Origin: a virus | Taxonomy: Duplodnaviria; Heunggongvirae; Uroviricota; Caudoviricetes | Length of the DNA stretch: 7,732 bases | Reading direction: 5' to 3' (one strand) | IMG/VR virus record: IMGVR_UViG_2724679236_000001 | Coordinates: 1 to 7,732 of that record | In this document: piece by piece, positions 5,045 through 7,732 of the stretch | How positions within the stretch are numbered: position 1 is the stretch's first letter | How the letters are laid out: every line of letters begins with the position of its first letter | Notes under the pieces: generated by a model | The model's input: the letters and a program-made list of their open reading frames with translations, nothing else | Databases searched by the model: none | Told to the model about the DNA's origin: nothing | Position numbers and translations under genes: made by a program

Positions 5045-6924
5045 TGACTCCAAGTGAACTGAGCGACCTGCTTTGGGCGCAGGTTGACAGGGTGGCTCCG
5101 CACCTGTTGCCAAACGGCAAGAAAGAGGGGCATGAGTGGGTTGCCGGTAACGTCAACGGTGACAAGGGAAACAGCCTTAAGGTCAACCTTAGCGGCAAGA
5201 AAAAATGGGCTGATTTCGCTGAGGGAGACGGCGGTGACATGCTTGATTTGTGGATGGCATGTCGTGGGATTAACCTGCATCAGGCTATGCAGGAAGCGAA
5301 AGCATTTCTCGGTATCAAGGATGACGATCACCATTTCGATGCCAAACGTGAGAAAAAATTCTCCAGACCTGATCGCAAGAAAATCGCCCGCTACGTTACC
5401 AGAACAGAATCCCATCTTGAGTACCTGCAATCGCGTGGCATATCGCCAGAAATCGTAAAGCGCTACGAGGTTGTCAGCGGCAAGGTGTGGAATGGAGAGC
5501 GGGAACTGGATGCTCTGGTGATTCCGTACAAACGCGATGGTGAGTTGTTGCAGGTCAAGCGAATCAGCACTGAGCGCCCGGACGGGAAGAAAGTCATTAT
5601 GGCAGAAGGTGATTGCGAACCTTGTCTGTTCGGATGGCAGGCTCTGGACGCTGGCGTGAGGGCGGTTGTACTTTGCGAAGGCGAAATTGATTGTATGAGC
5701 TATGCGCAATACGGCATCTCGGCGTTATCCGTGCCGTTTGGTGGCGGGAAAGGCGCTAAGCAACAGTGGATTGAGTTTGAGTATCACAACCTCGACAGGT
5801 TTGAGGAAATATTCATCTCGATGGACGTTGATGATGTTGGTCGTGAAGCCGCAAGGGAAATCGCAAGCCGACTCGGTGAACATCGTTGCCGTCTTGTTAC
5901 TCTGCCGTACAAAGACATCAACGAATGCCTGATGAACGGTGTTACCGAGGATGAAATCTGGCAGTACATCGGCACGGCATCCTACTTCGATCCTGAAGAA
6001 CTCTACAGCGCGCGAGAGTTTTACCAGGACACTATCAACGCTTTCTACGGCAAGCAGCAGTATCTGTTTAATCCACCGTGGGAATCTCTGGCAGATAAAT
6101 TCCAGTTCCGTGAGGCAGAGTTGACGCTGGTCAATGGTGTGAACGGTCACGGAAAAACGGAGGTTGTCGGGCATATGGCACTTGAGGCAATGCGTCAGGG
6201 TGTGAAGACATGCATCGCGTCACTTGAGCTGAAGCCTGGTATTCTCCTTAAGCGCCTTACCCGTCAGGCGACGTGCTGCAAGATGCCGCCAGTGCTGGAA
6301 ATTGACTCTGCATTTAAATTTTATGACGAAAGACTTTGGGTGTTTGGCCTGACCGGAACGGCGAAAGCCGACAGGCTGATCGAAATATTCGACTACGCTC
6401 GCCGCCGATACGGGATCCAGTTATTCATCATCGACAGCCTGATGAAATGTGGCATAGGCGACGATGACTATAACGGGCAGAAGGCGTTTGTTGACTCGAT
6501 TTGCGACTTCAAAAACAAAACAAACTCCCACGTCATTCTCGTTACTCACTCGCGAAAAGGAGACAGCGAAGAAAAACCAACCGGGAAAATGGACGTAAAA
6601 GGCTCTGGAGCGATAACAGACCTGACAGACAACCTTTTTATCATCTGGCGTAACAAGGCTCGCGAGAGAGCGTTACAGAGAGTTCAGAGTGGTGAAAAGA
6701 TGTCAGAGAAGGACGAACAGCTACTGGCATCTCCTGCATCTGTTTTGATGCTTGAAAAACAACGTAACGGCGAAGGTTGGGAAGGTGGTGTCCCGTTGTT
6801 CCTTGACGAGCAATCGCACCAGTTCCTGCAACTTGAATCAGGATCGCCATATAGCTACATCGCCAATATGCCGAAATCGGAATATGACGAGGCGTGGCGA
6901 CAGGAAAACGTGACGGAGTATTAA
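5044..6924 (+). CDS. Bifunctional replicative primase-helicase (626 aa): toprim primase domain fused to DnaB-like (RecA-fold) helicase domain
   Basis: Toprim motifs CEGEID (5674..5691) and DVDDVG (5824..5841); Walker A GVNGHGKT (6136..6159); Walker B-like LFIIDS; DnaB-like KGSGAITDLTDNLFII and EKQRNG. N-terminus has the spacing of a DnaG zinc ribbon but without the cysteines. Confidence 0.8.
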   Translation: MTPSELSDLLWAQVDRVAPHLLPNGKKEGHEWVAGNVNGDKGNSLKVNLSGKKKWADFAEGDGGDMLDLWMACRGINLHQAMQEAKAFLGIKDDDHHFDAKREKKFSRPDRKKIARYVTRTESHLEYLQSRGISPEIVKRYEVVSGKVWNGERELDALVIPYKRDGELLQVKRISTERPDGKKVIMAEGDCEPCLFGWQALDAGVRAVVLCEGEIDCMSYAQYGISALSVPFGGGKGAKQQWIEFEYHNLDRFEEIFISMDVDDVGREAAREIASRLGEHRCRLVTLPYKDINECLMNGVTEDEIWQYIGTASYFDPEELYSAREFYQDTINAFYGKQQYLFNPPWESLADKFQFREAELTLVNGVNGHGKTEVVGHMALEAMRQGVKTCIASLELKPGILLKRLTRQATCCKMPPVLEIDSAFKFYDERLWVFGLTGTAKADRLIEIFDYARRRYGIQLFIIDSLMKCGIGDDDYNGQKAFVDSICDFKNKTNSHVILVTHSRKGDSEEKPTGKMDVKGSGAITDLTDNLFIIWRNKARERALQRVQSGEKMSEKDEQLLASPASVLMLEKQRNGEGWEGGVPLFLDEQSHQFLQLESGSPYSYIANMPKSEYDEAWRQENVTEY

Positions 6925-7194
6925 ATGAATAAAAAACAATTAGCCATTCTCGAAAAGGCATGGGATGCACAAATATCATGCGCTTTGAAAGAACAGGCAC
7001 TACCAATAATCCAGACCAAATCGAAAATAGCCAGGCAGTTATGCGATGGCGGATTCCTGAACGAAGTTGAGATTACGCGCCAGATGGTAACGTTTAAAGG
7101 GTATGAGATAAATCATCATGGTATAGCGGCGTATTGCTCCCATCTTCCTAATGACGTTGACATTGATGAAATGGAAAGGGAGATGAAGCAATGA
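6925..7194 (+). CDS. Hypothetical protein (89 aa) in the ren-equivalent position
   Basis: Supplied ORF; ATG immediately after the helicase stop, GGAG 8 nt upstream; no similarity to lambda Ren recognised. Confidence 0.55.
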   Translation: MNKKQLAILEKAWDAQISCALKEQALPIIQTKSKIARQLCDGGFLNEVEITRQMVTFKGYEINHHGIAAYCSHLPNDVDIDEMEREMKQ

Positions 7195-7220
7195 CCATCT
7201 ACATCACTGAGCTAATAACA

Positions 7221-7250
7221 GGTCTGCAGGTAATCGCAGGCCTTTTTATT
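7221..7250 (+). terminator. Putative intrinsic terminator (tR2-position)
   Basis: GGTCTGC-aggtaatc-GCAGGCC (7-bp stem with one G-U pair) followed by TTTTTATTT; lies between the replication genes and the nin region, where lambda has tR2. Confidence 0.45.
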
Positions 7251-7266
7251 TGGGGGAGAGTAAATC

Positions 7267-7473
7267 GTGGTTGAGTTGATTTTCTCTGCATTGAGGCTTC
7301 TCGGTGCTATGTGGATGGTGGCGACGTTCATTGTAGTTGCTGGCTGTTTTGTCCGGTTGGTAGGCGAAGGTAAAGACCTGGTTGGTGTGCTTTTCGGTAG
7401 CATTTTCCTGTGGGTGATTATCGGTGTTATGCCTGTTGTCGTAGCAAAAGTGGCGTGGCGTTTTGTGAGTTGA
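7267..7473 (+). CDS. Small hydrophobic protein (68 aa, two predicted TM helices)
   Basis: GTG start at 7267 with strong SD GGGGGAGAG 6 nt upstream; MVELIFSALRLLGAMWMVATFIVVAGCFV and LVGVLFGSIFLWVIIGVMPVVVA form two hydrophobic helices separated by a short polar turn; stop overlaps the ninB RBS. Confidence 0.55.
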   Translation: MVELIFSALRLLGAMWMVATFIVVAGCFVRLVGEGKDLVGVLFGSIFLWVIIGVMPVVVAKVAWRFVS

Positions 7474-7480
7474 GGTAACG

Positions 7481-7732
7481 ATGAAGCAAATATACATGCT
7501 TCGCAACGAAGCAATCAGAAACAATGCCATAGACGCAATACTCTCACTTTCGATCGACGACAAGTCACCTCACGAAGTCCACATTAAAGAACCAAAGCGG
7601 AGCAATCCTCAAAACCGCCTTATGTGGGCGTTATTGCAGGACGTATCGCGTCAGGTGCTTTGGCATGGACAGAGACTTGCGCCGGAGGACTGGAAAGACC
7701 TGTTCACTGCCCTGTGGCTTAAGACCAAAAAA
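7481..7732 (+). CDS. ninB: NinB/Orf-family recombination protein, 5' partial (runs off the window)
   Basis: Hand translation MKQIYMLRNEAIRNNAIDAILSLSIDDKSPHEVHIKEPKRSNPQNRLMWALLQDVSRQVLWHGQRLAPEDWKDLFTALWLKTKK shares the QNR-L-W-DVSRQV-WHG core with lambda NinB as I recall it; GAGG RBS 7 nt upstream. Absent from the ORF track because no stop lies in the window. Confidence 0.75.
   Translation, partial: MKQIYMLRNEAIRNNAIDAILSLSIDDKSPHEVHIKEPKRSNPQNRLMWALLQDVSRQVLWHGQRLAPEDWKDLFTALWLKTKK

Noticed and set aside
4972-5709. Minus-strand ORFs of 245 aa and 74 aa (5016..5240), and plus-strand 124 aa (5084..5458)
   Set aside because: Antisense to or out of frame with the primase-helicase gene, which has clear catalytic motifs; no independent support.
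5702-6174. ORFs 5702..5932 (+), 5725..6174 (-), 5784..5975 (-), 5939..6124 (+)
   Set aside because: All internal to the primase-helicase gene in other frames or strands; shadow ORFs.
6641-7006. Minus-strand ORF of 121 aa
   Set aside because: Antisense across the helicase 3' end and the 89-aa gene; no RBS.
7212-7563. Minus-strand ORFs of 100 and 105 aa
   Set aside because: Antisense to the RBS-supported 68-aa membrane protein gene and ninB; His/Thr-rich low-complexity translations.

Overview
This window is the immunity, early-regulation and replication core of a mosaic lambdoid (pro)phage. Minus strand, right to left: a lambda-type cI repressor (2532..3245), then two co-oriented genes of unknown function (2087..2524, 1777..2100) occupying the slot where lambda carries rexA/rexB, closed by an intrinsic terminator. 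Further left are lambda-type OL1-3/PL, a P22-type nutL, an N antiterminator with the P22-type arginine-rich motif, small ORFs, a Ral-like protein and a membrane protein. Plus strand, from the lambda-type OR3-OR2-OR1 (PRM/PR): cro, a P22-type nutR, a cII-family activator, a small coupled ORF, a replication initiator carrying five 21-bp iterons, a toprim primase / DnaB-like helicase fusion, two small unknown genes split by a terminator, and the 5' part of ninB. The most interesting candidate is the cI-linked two-gene cassette, a possible lysogen-expressed phage-exclusion system; this is inference from position and protein architecture only. All calls rest on reading the sequence and on remembered protein and site sequences; no database search was run.
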